This document shows positions 49,061-59,179 of a DNA stretch of 64,000 nt, piece after piece (position 1 is the stretch's first letter; each line of letters starts with the position of its first letter). The DNA comes from an uncultured Friedmanniella sp. (GTDB lineage Bacteria; Actinomycetota; Actinomycetes; Propionibacteriales; Propionibacteriaceae). The stretch lies in assembly GCA_964251895.1 (NCBI GenBank), contig CAXULL010000005.1, forward strand, positions 5,746 through 69,745. The letters are read 5' to 3'. Under the pieces are notes generated by a model. That model made no database searches. It saw only the letters and a list, made by a program, of their open reading frames with translations, and had not been told where the DNA came from. The position numbers and the translations under genes are program-made.

Positions 49061-50299
49061 GTGACGGCGTCCCGCGACGTGCTGCCCGCCCTGCTCGGCT
49101 GGTGGCGGGCCGGGCAGGCGTGCGCGCTCGCGACCGTCGTCGGCACCTGGTCGTCGGCCCCGCGCCCACCCGGGGCCTCGATGCTCGTCGGGCCCGACGG
49201 CAGCGTCGTCGGCTCCGTGTCCGGCGGGTGCGTCGAGGGCGACGTGTACGCGGTCGCCGAGCGGGTGCTGGCCGACGGCCGGGCGACCACCCGTCGCTAC
49301 GGCGTCAGCGACGCCGACGCGATGGACGTCGGGCTCACCTGCGGCGGGATCATCGACGTCTTCGTCGAGCGGGTGACGGCGGCCGGGTTCGCCGAGCTGG
49401 CGGAGGTCGCCGCGGACGTGGACGCCGGCCGACCGGTCGCCGTCGCCACCGTCGTGCGCCACCCGGACCCGACCCTCGCCGGGCGCCGCCTGGTCGTCCG
49501 CCCCGACCGGGACCCGACCGGGACGCTGGGCAGCAGCCGCCGGGACGACGCCGTCGTCGACGACGCCCGCGGTCTGCTCGACGTCGGGCACGCGGGCGTG
49601 CTCGCGTACGGGCCGGACGGCGAGCGGCGCGGCGAGGGGCTCGAGGTGTTCGTCGCGACGTACGCACCGCGCCCGCGGATGCTCGTCTTCGGCGCGACGG
49701 ACCACGCGGCCGCGGTGGCGGCGCAGGGTTCGTTCCTGGGCTACCGCGTGACGGTGTGCGACGCGCGCCCGGTGTTCGCGACGTCGAGCCGGTTCCCGAC
49801 CGCCGACGAGGTGGTCGTCGACTGGCCGCACCGCTACCTGCGGGCGCAGGCCGATCTGGGTCTGCTGGACGGGCGCACGGTGGTCTGCGTGCTGAGCCAC
49901 GACCCGAAGTTCGACGTGCCGGTGCTCGAGGTCGCGCTGCGGCTGCCGTCGGTGGGCTACGTCGGCGCGATGGGCTCGCGGCGGACGTCGGGACGCACCC
50001 GCGCCGCGCTCCGCACCCTCGGCCTGACCGAGGCCGAGCTCGGTCGGCTCTCCTCCCCCATCGGGCTGGACCTGGGCGCCCGGACCCCGGAGGAGACGGC
50101 GGTCTCGGTCGCGGCCGAGATCGTCGCGGCCCGCCAGGGGCACGGCGCCCGGCCGCTCCGGCTCCTCGACGGCCCCATCCACGCTGCGCCGGTCCACGCG
50201 GCACCGGTCCACGCGGCACCGGTCCACGCGGCGCCGGTCCACGCTGCGCCGGCCGACGTCAGGCTGCCGGCACCTCGAGGTGGCCCCGCAGGCTCGTGA
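49061..50299 (+). CDS. xdhC: XdhC/CoxI family molybdoenzyme maturation protein with an (AAPVH)5 C-terminal tail
   Basis: SVSGGCVEGDV, LTCGGIIDVFVE, Rossmann-like MLVFGATDHAAAV, GAMGSRRT. Confidence 0.85.
   Translation: MTASRDVLPALLGWWRAGQACALATVVGTWSSAPRPPGASMLVGPDGSVVGSVSGGCVEGDVYAVAERVLADGRATTRRYGVSDADAMDVGLTCGGIIDVFVERVTAAGFAELAEVAADVDAGRPVAVATVVRHPDPTLAGRRLVVRPDRDPTGTLGSSRRDDAVVDDARGLLDVGHAGVLAYGPDGERRGEGLEVFVATYAPRPRMLVFGATDHAAAVAAQGSFLGYRVTVCDARPVFATSSRFPTADEVVVDWPHRYLRAQADLGLLDGRTVVCVLSHDPKFDVPVLEVALRLPSVGYVGAMGSRRTSGRTRAALRTLGLTEAELGRLSSPIGLDLGARTPEETAVSVAAEIVAARQGHGARPLRLLDGPIHAAPVHAAPVHAAPVHAAPVHAAPADVRLPAPRGGPAGS
50179..50253. repeat. 15-bp tandem repeat x5 (CCACGCNGCRCCGGT) encoding AAPVH repeats
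   Basis: Units are at 50179, 50194, 50209, 50224 and 50239. The outer units share GCT GCG codons and the inner ones GCG GCA/GCG. Confidence 0.9.
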
Positions 50300-50831
50300 C
50301 CCCGGCCCGCACCCGCGTCTTGAGGGTGCCGAGCGGGATGCTCAGCAGCGCGGCGGCCTGCTGGTGGGTGTAGCCGTGCAGGAAGGTGAGCACGACCGCG
50401 TCGCGCTGGCGTTCGGAGAGCCGGTGGACCGCACGCCGGAGCTCGGCGGCCTCGTAGCGGGCCAGGCCGAGGTCGGCCACGTCGGGGACGCTGTCGTCGG
50501 CCGCCGCGGCGTCGCGCTGGTCGCGGCGCACCGACCCCGCCACGTGCCGCACCCGGTCGACGGCCCGGCGCCGCGCGAGCATCAGGATCCAGCCGAGCAC
50601 GGACCCGCGCACCTCGTCGAACGACGCCGCGTGCTGCCAGACGTAGAGGTAGACCTCCTGGACCACCTCGGCCGCGTGCTCCGGCGACCGGACCGTCGCC
50701 GTCACCACCCGCGTGACCGGCCGGCGCGTCAGGGCGTACAGCTCGGCGAAGGCGTCGTCGTCCTCCTGCCGCACCCGCTGCAGGAGACCGACGAGGACGG
50801 CGGGCGACGGGCGGGAGCTGTTGATGGTCAT
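50259..50831 (-). CDS. ECF RNA polymerase sigma factor, SigK-like
   Basis: 190 aa. Region 2 is VQEVYLYVWQHAASFDEVRGSVLGWILMLARRRAVDRVR and region 4 is GYTHQQAAALLSIPLGTLKTRVRAG. Confidence 0.85.
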   Translation of the reverse strand: MTINSSRPSPAVLVGLLQRVRQEDDDAFAELYALTRRPVTRVVTATVRSPEHAAEVVQEVYLYVWQHAASFDEVRGSVLGWILMLARRRAVDRVRHVAGSVRRDQRDAAAADDSVPDVADLGLARYEAAELRRAVHRLSERQRDAVVLTFLHGYTHQQAAALLSIPLGTLKTRVRAGVTSLRGHLEVPAA

Positions 50832-51007
50832 GCCAACCGATCGCGTGCCACGGCGTCAGGACGGCCCCCGGGCTGACCCCTCGACTGTCGCAGACCTGAA
50901 CGGATCTGTATGCAGCGCGACGTCGAACTGCCAGATCGTTGTCCGATCGATGCACGGGGGTTCCCGGCGGTCGACCACCCCGAGGGACGGTCGACCGCCG
51001 GGCGGTC

Positions 51008-51435
51008 TCAGCCGCGCAGCTGCGCCCCGACCTGCCCGGCCGCCGAGCCGCCGAGCGCGGCGTCCTCCGCGTCGGTGAGCAGCCGCGAGCGGATCAGGAA
51101 GCGCACCCCGTTCGGGCTCTCGAGGGAGAAGCCCGCACCACGACCCGGGACCAGGTCGATGGTCAGGTGCGTGTGCTTCCAGTAGGCGAACTGCTCCCGG
51201 CTCATCCAGACGTCCACCGGCTCCGGCGTGCCGGCCTCGATCTGACCGAGCAGCACGTCGGCGTCGCCGGTGATGAAGTCGCCCTGCGCGAAGCACATCG
51301 GGGACGACCCGTCGCAGCACCCACCCGACTGGTGGAACATCAGCGGGCCGTGCTCGTCGCGCAGCGTCCGGATCATCTCCGCCGCCTTGTCGGTGACGTC
51401 GACGCGAGACAGCCCCTTCACCACCGGCTCGCCCA

Positions 51436-51436
<1 letters not shown>
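51008..51436 (-). CDS. DUF779 domain protein
   Basis: MGEPVVKGLSRVDVTDKAAEMIRTLRDEHGPLMFHQSGGCCDGSSPMC. Its ATG overlaps the ALDH stop by 1 nt. This is the usual ALDH-DUF779 pairing. Confidence 0.85.
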
Positions 51437-52959
<1,523 letters not shown>

Positions 52960-53208
52960 GCGATGCGACTCCTTCGTCGTCGGGCGGCCGTGCCGAACGC
53001 GCGGCGGACTACGCCCTGGTGTGCACCGTAGGACGAGCGAGGTTGCCGCAACGTTGCGCCTCGTCCGCCGAGCCCGGTCGCCCTTCGAGGTCGAGGTCGA
53101 GGTCGTGGCGGACCGGGCAGCCTCCGCGTGGCCCGGCCGGCTCACCTGCCCCAGGACTTTCAAGTTGGCACGAAAGACCCGTCCCCGTTCCCTGAGCCCG
53201 CCGAAGGG

Positions 53209-54495
53209 TCAGGCCAGCAGGCGGTCGAGCTCGAGCAGGTGCTGCTCGACGAACGTCCGCCGCGCCGAGCCGACCGGCAACGCCTCGGCGGCGGCTGTCC
53301 AGACGCCGTGGTCGTCGCGGCCCTCGGGGCTCTGCGCGTACGCGAGCAGGGCCTCCGCGTCGTCGCCGCCGAGGAGGCGCTCGCGTACCAGCAGGCGCAG
53401 GTCGTCGCGGAGCTCCACGACGCCCGGGGCCTCGGAGGCGGGCAGGACCGGGCCCGCGTACGCCGCGACGGCCTCCCGCAGCCGCCCCGCGGCCAGCGCC
53501 GTCCGGACGCGGTGCACGTCGGTGGAGAGCGGGGCGCGGATCGCGTACGGGCGCGAGCCCAGCAGCCCCTCGCCCAGCGTCGCGCGCAGCCGGGAGACCT
53601 CGGCCCGCACCGTGACGGCCGACCACCCGTGCGTCGAGAGCGCCGCCTCCAGCTCGCCGCCGCTGAGCCCGGCCCGGTGCTCGGTGAGCATCAGGACGAT
53701 CTCGCTGTGCCGCAGGCTGAGCACGCTGCTGCGTCCCGAGCGCACGAGCAGCCCCTGCGGACGACCGAGCACCGAGAACGTCCCCGGCGCCGTCGCCCGA
53801 CCTGTCACGCGACCCGGGTCGCCACCGCGCAGCCGGTCGATCCGGAGCTCCGCCTCGGCGGCGGCGACGGTGGCCCGGACCAGCGCGAGCGTCTGGGGCC
53901 CGGCCACCTCGGCACCGCCGGTGATGTCGAGCGCACCGAGCACCGCCCGGGTGTCGGGGTCCCGGATGGGGACCGCCGTGCAGCTCCACGGGGTGACCGA
54001 GCGCACCAGGTGCTCCGGACCCAGGATCTGGACGCCCCGGCCGGTCCGCAGGGCGGTCCCGGGGGCGTTCGTGCCCGCCCGCGCCTCGCTCCAGTCGGCC
54101 CCGGCGACGAAGTGCATCGCCTCGGCACGTCTTCTCAGCCCGGCGTCGCCCTCCAACCACAGGATCCGGCCGTGCGCGTCGGTCACGGCCACCACCAGAC
54201 CCGCGTCGGCCGCCGCCTCGACCAGCAGCCGGCGGACGACCGGCATCGTGCGGGCCAGCGGCGAGCGCCGTCGCAGCTCCTCGAGCGCGGCCTGCTCGAG
54301 CGGGACGGGGACGCCGCCGGTCTCCGGGTCGAGCCCGCCGACGAGGCTGCGGCGCCAGGAGTCGGCGACCAGCGGGCGCACGGTCTCCGCGATGCGGCCG
54401 GTCGCGAGGAAGTCGTCGTGGAAGCCGGCGAGGGCGCGCGTGAGCGAGACCGCGTCCGCGCCCGGAGGCACGGCGGGGGCGTCGGCGCCCCTCAC
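53209..54495 (-). CDS. GAF-domain transcriptional regulator (AcoR-N-terminal-like) with C-terminal winged-helix/BTAD-like region
   Basis: DSWRRS...VAVTDAHGRILW...FVAGADWSEARAGTNAPGTAL...WSCTAVPIRDP. It is adjacent to the ALDH operon. Confidence 0.68.
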   Translation of the reverse strand: MRGADAPAVPPGADAVSLTRALAGFHDDFLATGRIAETVRPLVADSWRRSLVGGLDPETGGVPVPLEQAALEELRRRSPLARTMPVVRRLLVEAAADAGLVVAVTDAHGRILWLEGDAGLRRRAEAMHFVAGADWSEARAGTNAPGTALRTGRGVQILGPEHLVRSVTPWSCTAVPIRDPDTRAVLGALDITGGAEVAGPQTLALVRATVAAAEAELRIDRLRGGDPGRVTGRATAPGTFSVLGRPQGLLVRSGRSSVLSLRHSEIVLMLTEHRAGLSGGELEAALSTHGWSAVTVRAEVSRLRATLGEGLLGSRPYAIRAPLSTDVHRVRTALAAGRLREAVAAYAGPVLPASEAPGVVELRDDLRLLVRERLLGGDDAEALLAYAQSPEGRDDHGVWTAAAEALPVGSARRTFVEQHLLELDRLLA

Positions 54496-54584
54496 GACGA
54501 CCCGCTCGTCATGGACGAAGGATAGTGCTCGACCGACCGCCGGGTGCCTGCGCGCACGAGGTCGGCAGCGGCCATGATGTGGCC

Positions 54585-55397
54585 ATGGACCTGACCCACC
54601 GCGTACGCGTGCCGGCCCCGCTCGAGGAGGCCTGGGAGGCCGTGCTCGACCCCGCCCGGATCGCGGCCGTGCTCCCGGGCTCGACGCTCGACACGGCGTC
54701 CGACGACGCGTTCACGGGGACGATGAAGATCAAGCTCGGCTCGTCGCTGCTCGCGCTGGCGGGCAGCGGGCGCTACGTCTCGCGCGACGACGGCGCGCAC
54801 CGGGTCGTCGTGGCGACGACCGCGTCCGACCGTCGGGGAGACGCGGGCGTGGAGGCGACGCACACGCTCACCCTGGCCAGGGCCGGCGACGCGCGCGCGG
54901 AGACCGACGTGACGGTCCAGACCGCGATGACGTGGAGCGGGCGGCCCGCCCGGCTGGGCGACGGCGTGGTCGTCGACGCCGTCGACCGCGTCCTCGACGT
55001 GACCGCCACCCGCATCGCCGCGAGGGTGGCGGAGGGCCTGTCCTGGGTCCCGGCGGCCGGGCAGGAGAGCGCGTACGACGACGAGCGCACGGCCGCGGCC
55101 GTCGTCGACCACCCGGTGGAGCTGGGGGCCGACCTCGGTGCGATCGACGAGTCCCCGGCGACCAGCCGCCCCGGCCCGCGCCCCTCGCCCTCGCCCTCGC
55201 CGTCGCCCGGTCCGGCGCCGCGCCCGCCGGAGCCGAAGGAGTACGTCTACCGCCCGTACAGCAGCACGGCCGAGCCGCACGTCGACGTCGCCCGCACCCT
55301 GACCGGGCTGCTCACCAGCCGGGTCCTGCCCTACGCCGGCCTCGGGGCCCTGGCGCTGTTCGTGGCCGTCTCGGTCGTGCGTCGGGCGCGGCGCTGA
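54585..55397 (+). CDS. SRPBCC/CoxG-like protein with Pro-rich linker and C-terminal TM anchor
   Basis: MDLTHRVRVPAPLEEAWEAVLDPARIAAVLPG...FTGTMKIKLG. The tail is VLPYAGLGALALFVAVSVVRRARR. The start is ATG 54585 or GTG 54579. Confidence 0.68.
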   Translation: MDLTHRVRVPAPLEEAWEAVLDPARIAAVLPGSTLDTASDDAFTGTMKIKLGSSLLALAGSGRYVSRDDGAHRVVVATTASDRRGDAGVEATHTLTLARAGDARAETDVTVQTAMTWSGRPARLGDGVVVDAVDRVLDVTATRIAARVAEGLSWVPAAGQESAYDDERTAAAVVDHPVELGADLGAIDESPATSRPGPRPSPSPSPSPGPAPRPPEPKEYVYRPYSSTAEPHVDVARTLTGLLTSRVLPYAGLGALALFVAVSVVRRARR

Positions 55398-55450
55398 CCG
55401 GGTCCGCCCCGCCGGCGCCGGCGACGCGGGCCCCGAGACCCACCTGGACC

Positions 55451-55945
55451 GTGACCGCGACGGTGCTGCTGCACCGCGAGGGCCGCTGGCTGCTCACGGT
55501 GCGCGGTACGGACGTCGACGACGCGGCCGGGCAGCTCGGCCTGGTCGGGGGCCACGTCGAGCAGCCGTCCGCCGGCCACCCGGGGGTCCTGGAGGAGACG
55601 GCCCGCCGGGAGGCGGCGGAGGAGGTCGGGCTCGACCTCACCGAGGTCGCCCTGACCTACCTGGAGTCGGAGTTCTTCACCACCGACGCCGGGGTCGGGC
55701 AGGTGACCGTGGCGTTCCTCGCGGCCGCCCCGCGAGACGCCGAACCGGTCGTCGCCGACCCCGCCGAGCTCACCGCCGTGGGGTGGTGGACGCCCGACGA
55801 GGCCGGCGCGGACGACCGTTGCCCGGTCTGGCTGCCCGCCCTGCTGGGGCGGGCCGCCCGTGCCGTCGCTCGAGAACGGGGGGACGTCGCTCCCTCGGGC
55901 GGGTCGGTCAGCTCCCGACGGCCTGGGGCTGCGGCTCGCCCTTGA
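55451..55945 (+). CDS. NUDIX hydrolase
   Basis: Nudix box [29 protein letters not shown]. The GTG 55451 start is uncertain. The 3' end overlaps hsp20. Confidence 0.72.
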   Translation: MTATVLLHREGRWLLTVRGTDVDDAAGQLGLVGGHVEQPSAGHPGVLEETARREAAEEVGLDLTEVALTYLESEFFTTDAGVGQVTVAFLAAAPRDAEPVVADPAELTAVGWWTPDEAGADDRCPVWLPALLGRAARAVARERGDVAPSGGSVSSRRPGAAARP

Positions 55946-56357
55946 TGGTGCGCGCGCTCCCGTCGACGTCGATGCTGATCTTGCGCGGCTTCGCGCGCTC
56001 CGCGACCGGGATGGTCAGGCGCAGGACGCCGTCGCTGTAGCCGGCGCTGATCCGCTCGAGGTCGAGGTTGTCGCCGAGGACCAGCTGACGGCTGAACACC
56101 CCGCGCGGGCGCTCGGCGGCAAGGATCTCGCCGCCGCCCTGCCGGTCCGGCCGCTCGGCGCGGATGGTGAGCACGTTGCGCTCGACGTCGAGGTCGATGG
56201 AGCCGGGGTCGACGCCCGGCAGGTCGAGCTCGACGAGGAACGACTCGCCCTCCCGCCAGGCGTCCATCGGCATCAGGGTGGGTCGGGCCGGCGTCCCCAG
56301 CAGCTGCTGGCTGAGCCGGTCCAGCTCACGGAACGGGTCGGTACGCATCAGGACCAT
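55908..56357 (-). CDS. Hsp20/alpha-crystallin small heat-shock protein
   Basis: ATG at 56357 follows [28 protein letters not shown]...[30 protein letters not shown]...GVLRLTIPV. Confidence 0.92.
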   Translation of the reverse strand: MVLMRTDPFRELDRLSQQLLGTPARPTLMPMDAWREGESFLVELDLPGVDPGSIDLDVERNVLTIRAERPDRQGGGEILAAERPRGVFSRQLVLGDNLDLERISAGYSDGVLRLTIPVAERAKPRKISIDVDGSARTIKGEPQPQAVGS

Positions 56358-56433
56358 GAGAGACACCTCCTGTGGACGAATGGGTTCGTGGTGCTCGACG
56401 AAGAAGGTAACCTCTATCAATCACCACACATTC

Positions 56434-56462
56434 ATGATAGTAAGAGCAACATCGACGTGCAA
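56434..56462 (-). promoter_or_regulatory. candidate SigA-type promoter for hsp20
   Basis: The minus strand reads TTGCAC-N17-TATCAT, inside the only AT-rich stretch of the divergent hsp20/merR spacer. Confidence 0.35.
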
Positions 56463-56480
56463 CCCGAGCCAAGGAGCGCG

Positions 56481-56807
56481 ATGGCCGAGCACGACCCGCA
56501 GGTCGACGAGCCGACCGACCCGAGCCTGGGCGTGTACGGGATCTCGGTCGTGTCCGACCTGGTGGGGACCGGCGTGCAGAACCTGCGCGCGTACGAGCGG
56601 GCCGGCCTCCTCGACCCGGACCGCACGCCGGGGGGCACCCGCCGCTACAGCCCGGACGACGTCGCGCGCCTGCGCCGCATCCAGCGGCTGCTCACCGACG
56701 GGCTCAACCTGACCGGGGTCGGGCGTGTCCTCGACCTCGAGGACGACCTCGCCGACGCGCGCGAGGAGCTGGAACAGCTGCGGGAGGACGCGGCCGGCCG
56801 GGAGTGA
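56481..56807 (+). CDS. MerR-family (HspR-like) heat-shock regulator
   Basis: ATG follows AAGGAG. HTH is YGISVVSDLVGTGVQNLRAYERAGLLDPDRTPGGTRRYS. It is divergent from hsp20. Confidence 0.85.
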   Translation: MAEHDPQVDEPTDPSLGVYGISVVSDLVGTGVQNLRAYERAGLLDPDRTPGGTRRYSPDDVARLRRIQRLLTDGLNLTGVGRVLDLEDDLADAREELEQLREDAAGRE

Positions 56808-56910
56808 CAGGAGGCCGGCGGCGTCGCTCCCGAGCTCCTGTGCGACTCACCACCTCTGGGGTGGGTCCGTCGTCAGAAGTTCTGGGCGGAGTGGCTGCCC
56901 AGCGGGTTGC

Positions 56911-58113
56911 TCAGTCGCAGGACAGGACTCGGAGCCGTACGGTCTCCGGCAGCTCGCGCAGCCGCTCGGCGAGGTCGCCGCGCACGGGTCCGACGGTGTC
57001 GGTGATCACGTAGCCCAGCTCGCCGCGGGTCGAGAGGGTCTGGCCCTCGATGTTGACCCCGGCGTCCCCCAGGACGGTGTTCACCCGGGCCAGCACGCCG
57101 GGGACGTTCCGGTGGACGTGCAGGATGCGGCTGCGACCGGGCTCCACCGCGGCGATGACCTGGGGCAGGTTGACCGACATCGTCGTCGCTCCCCCGGTGG
57201 CGTAGTCGCCCAGCTTGAGCGCGACGAAGCGGCCGATGTCGGACTGCGCCTCCTCGGTGGACCCGCCGACGTGCGGGGTGAGGATCACGTTCGGGATGCC
57301 CTGCAGGCTGGAGACGAACGGGTCCCCGGTGGTCTTGGGCTCCGTCTCGAAGACGTCGAGCGCCGCCCCGGCGACGTGGCCCGACACCAGCTGGTCGCGC
57401 AGCGCCTCCTGGTCGACGACGATGCCGCGGCAGAGGTTGAGGAACAGGCTGCGCGGCCGCATCTTGGCGAACTGCTCCGCGCCGAAGAACCCCGCGTTCC
57501 CCGGCCGGCCGTCCACGTGCAGGCTCACCGTCTCGGCCACCGCGAGGAGCTCGTCGAGGCTGTCGCAGCGCTGGGCGTTGCCCAGGGCGAGCTTGTCGGC
57601 GACGTCGTAGAAGTAGACCTTCATGCCGAGCGCCTCCGCGACGACGGAGAGCTGGCTGCCGATGTTGCCGTAGCCGACGATCCCCAGCGTCCGCCCGCGC
57701 ACCTCGTGCGCCCCCTTGGCCGACTTGTCCCACACGCCCGCGTGCATGGCAGCGTTCTTGTCGGTCAGGTGGCGGGCGAGCGAGATGATCTCGGCGACGA
57801 CCAGCTCGACCACGCTGCGGGTGTTGGAGAACGGGGCGTTGAAGACGGCCACCCCGCGCTCGGCGGCGGCCGCGAGGTCGATCTGGTTGGTGCCGATGCA
57901 GAACGCCCCGACGCCCAGCAGGTCCGGCGCCGCCTCGAGCACACGGCGCGTGACGTTGGTCTTGGACCGGATGCCGAGCAGCTGCACGCCGGCCATCCGC
58001 CCGGCCAGCTCCTCCTCGTCCAGGGCGCCCTTGACCGTCTCCACCTCGATCCCGCGCTCGGTGAGCAGCCGGATGCCCTCCGGGTGGATGTTCTCGAGCA
58101 GCAGCGCCTTCAC
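56911..58113 (-). CDS. serA: D-3-phosphoglycerate dehydrogenase (about 400 aa, ACT-containing type)
   Basis: GIVGYGNIGSQ NAD motif, a 2-hydroxyacid dehydrogenase core and a C-terminal ACT-like segment. Confidence 0.9.
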   Translation of the reverse strand: MKALLLENIHPEGIRLLTERGIEVETVKGALDEEELAGRMAGVQLLGIRSKTNVTRRVLEAAPDLLGVGAFCIGTNQIDLAAAAERGVAVFNAPFSNTRSVVELVVAEIISLARHLTDKNAAMHAGVWDKSAKGAHEVRGRTLGIVGYGNIGSQLSVVAEALGMKVYFYDVADKLALGNAQRCDSLDELLAVAETVSLHVDGRPGNAGFFGAEQFAKMRPRSLFLNLCRGIVVDQEALRDQLVSGHVAGAALDVFETEPKTTGDPFVSSLQGIPNVILTPHVGGSTEEAQSDIGRFVALKLGDYATGGATTMSVNLPQVIAAVEPGRSRILHVHRNVPGVLARVNTVLGDAGVNIEGQTLSTRGELGYVITDTVGPVRGDLAERLRELPETVRLRVLSCD

Positions 58114-58122
58114 CCCCGCAGT

Positions 58123-59148
58123 CTAGGAAGCCCGCGTCACCGGCCCCCCGGGATCTCGCCCCGGGACGGCGGACGGCGCCAGCTCGGCGTAGCTGCGCCA
58201 GGGCCCGCGTCCCTGCGCCTGCAGCAGCGCGTCCAGGCACGCCGCGGTGAAGACCTCGGCCGCGGCCTCCAGCAACGCGTTGAACGCCGGCACGGTGCCC
58301 GCCCAGCCCGCCTGCGCGTCCACGGCCAGCGGACGCCGACCCGACGCCAGGCAGAAGACCGTGTCGCCGTCGGACATCGAGTGCACCGGCGTGATCGCGC
58401 GCGCCAGCCCGTCGTGGGCGACCCCGGCCACCTTGCGGGCCTGGGCCTTGGTCAGGGTCACGTCGGTCAGCACCACCCCGATGGTGGTGTTGAGCGAGGG
58501 TGCCGGGTCCAGGCGGGCGCGTTCGAGGGCGTCGCGCTCCCCCTCGGTCGGGGCCCGCAGCCGTCCCGCCCGATCCGACCAGAGCCGGCCGGTGGCCGGG
58601 TCCACGGCCGAGCCGGCGGCGTTGACGACGGTCAGCGCGGCGACGCGGGCGCCGTCCGGCAGGGTCAGCGCGGCCCAGCCCACCCCACCCTTGAGGCCGC
58701 CGCACGTCGCGCCCGTGCCCGCACCGACGCAGCCCCGGTCCGGGTCGTCCGGGCTCGCGGCCTCGAGCGCCGCCCGGCCGAAGGCGGCGTCCGGCCGGTT
58801 CCGGAACCTCCCGCCCCGACCGAGGTCGAAGATCACCGCGCCGGGGACGATCGGCACGACCTCCCCCGGTCGCGGGCCGACCGGCAGCCCGACGCCGAGC
58901 GCCTCGAGCCCCGCCATCACGCCGTCCGCGGCCGCGAGCCCGTACGCGCTGCCCCCGGTGAGCACGACCGCGTGCACCCGCTCGACCAACGCGGAGGGGT
59001 CGAGCAGGTCGGTCTCGCGGGTGCCTGGGCCGCCGCCGCGGACGTCGACGCCGCCGACCGCCCCGTCGCGGGCGAGCACGACCGTCGTCCCGGTCAGCCA
59101 GCCGTCACCGTCCGCCGTCCGGTGCCCGACCTCGAAGCCGTCGATCAC
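58123..59148 (-). CDS. P1/S58 family peptidase (DmpA/L-aminopeptidase-like)
   Basis: GVDVRGGGPGTRETDLL...VVLTGGSAYGLAAA...GAGTGATCGGLKGG. GTG start. Confidence 0.8.
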   Translation of the reverse strand: MIDGFEVGHRTADGDGWLTGTTVVLARDGAVGGVDVRGGGPGTRETDLLDPSALVERVHAVVLTGGSAYGLAAADGVMAGLEALGVGLPVGPRPGEVVPIVPGAVIFDLGRGGRFRNRPDAAFGRAALEAASPDDPDRGCVGAGTGATCGGLKGGVGWAALTLPDGARVAALTVVNAAGSAVDPATGRLWSDRAGRLRAPTEGERDALERARLDPAPSLNTTIGVVLTDVTLTKAQARKVAGVAHDGLARAITPVHSMSDGDTVFCLASGRRPLAVDAQAGWAGTVPAFNALLEAAAEVFTAACLDALLQAQGRGPWRSYAELAPSAVPGRDPGGPVTRAS

Positions 59149-59179
59149 GGGGTCGCCCCGCAGCCGCGTCCCATGATCG

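Noticed and set aside
48830-50242. A 470-aa minus-strand ORF starting 17 nt after the ECF sigma stop, considered as a candidate anti-sigma factor.
   Set aside because: It is entirely antisense to the well-supported xdhC gene. It has an R/D/G/E-rich composition, no zf-HC2 motif and no TM helix, and its first residues are the mirror of the AAPVH repeat. It is an antisense artefact.
50832-51007. Autoregulated ECF promoter (GGAAC-N16/17-CGTT type) upstream of the SigK-like gene.
   Set aside because: GGGAAC is present on the minus strand, but the nearest CGAT/CGTT-like elements are at 10 and 21 nt, not 16-17 nt. There is no convincing match.
53166-53171. TGGCAC, resembling a sigma-54 -24 element near the AcoR-like GAF regulator.
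   Set aside because: There is no TTGC -12 element at the right spacing. The regulator lacks an AAA+ sigma-54 activation domain, and Actinobacteria generally lack RpoN.
53150-53200. TTGAAAGTCCTGGGGC on the minus strand, reminiscent of the RNase P RNA GAAAGUCCGGGC motif.
   Set aside because: The intergenic space (about 250 bp) is too short for RNase P RNA, and none of the other conserved P4/P10-12 elements are present.
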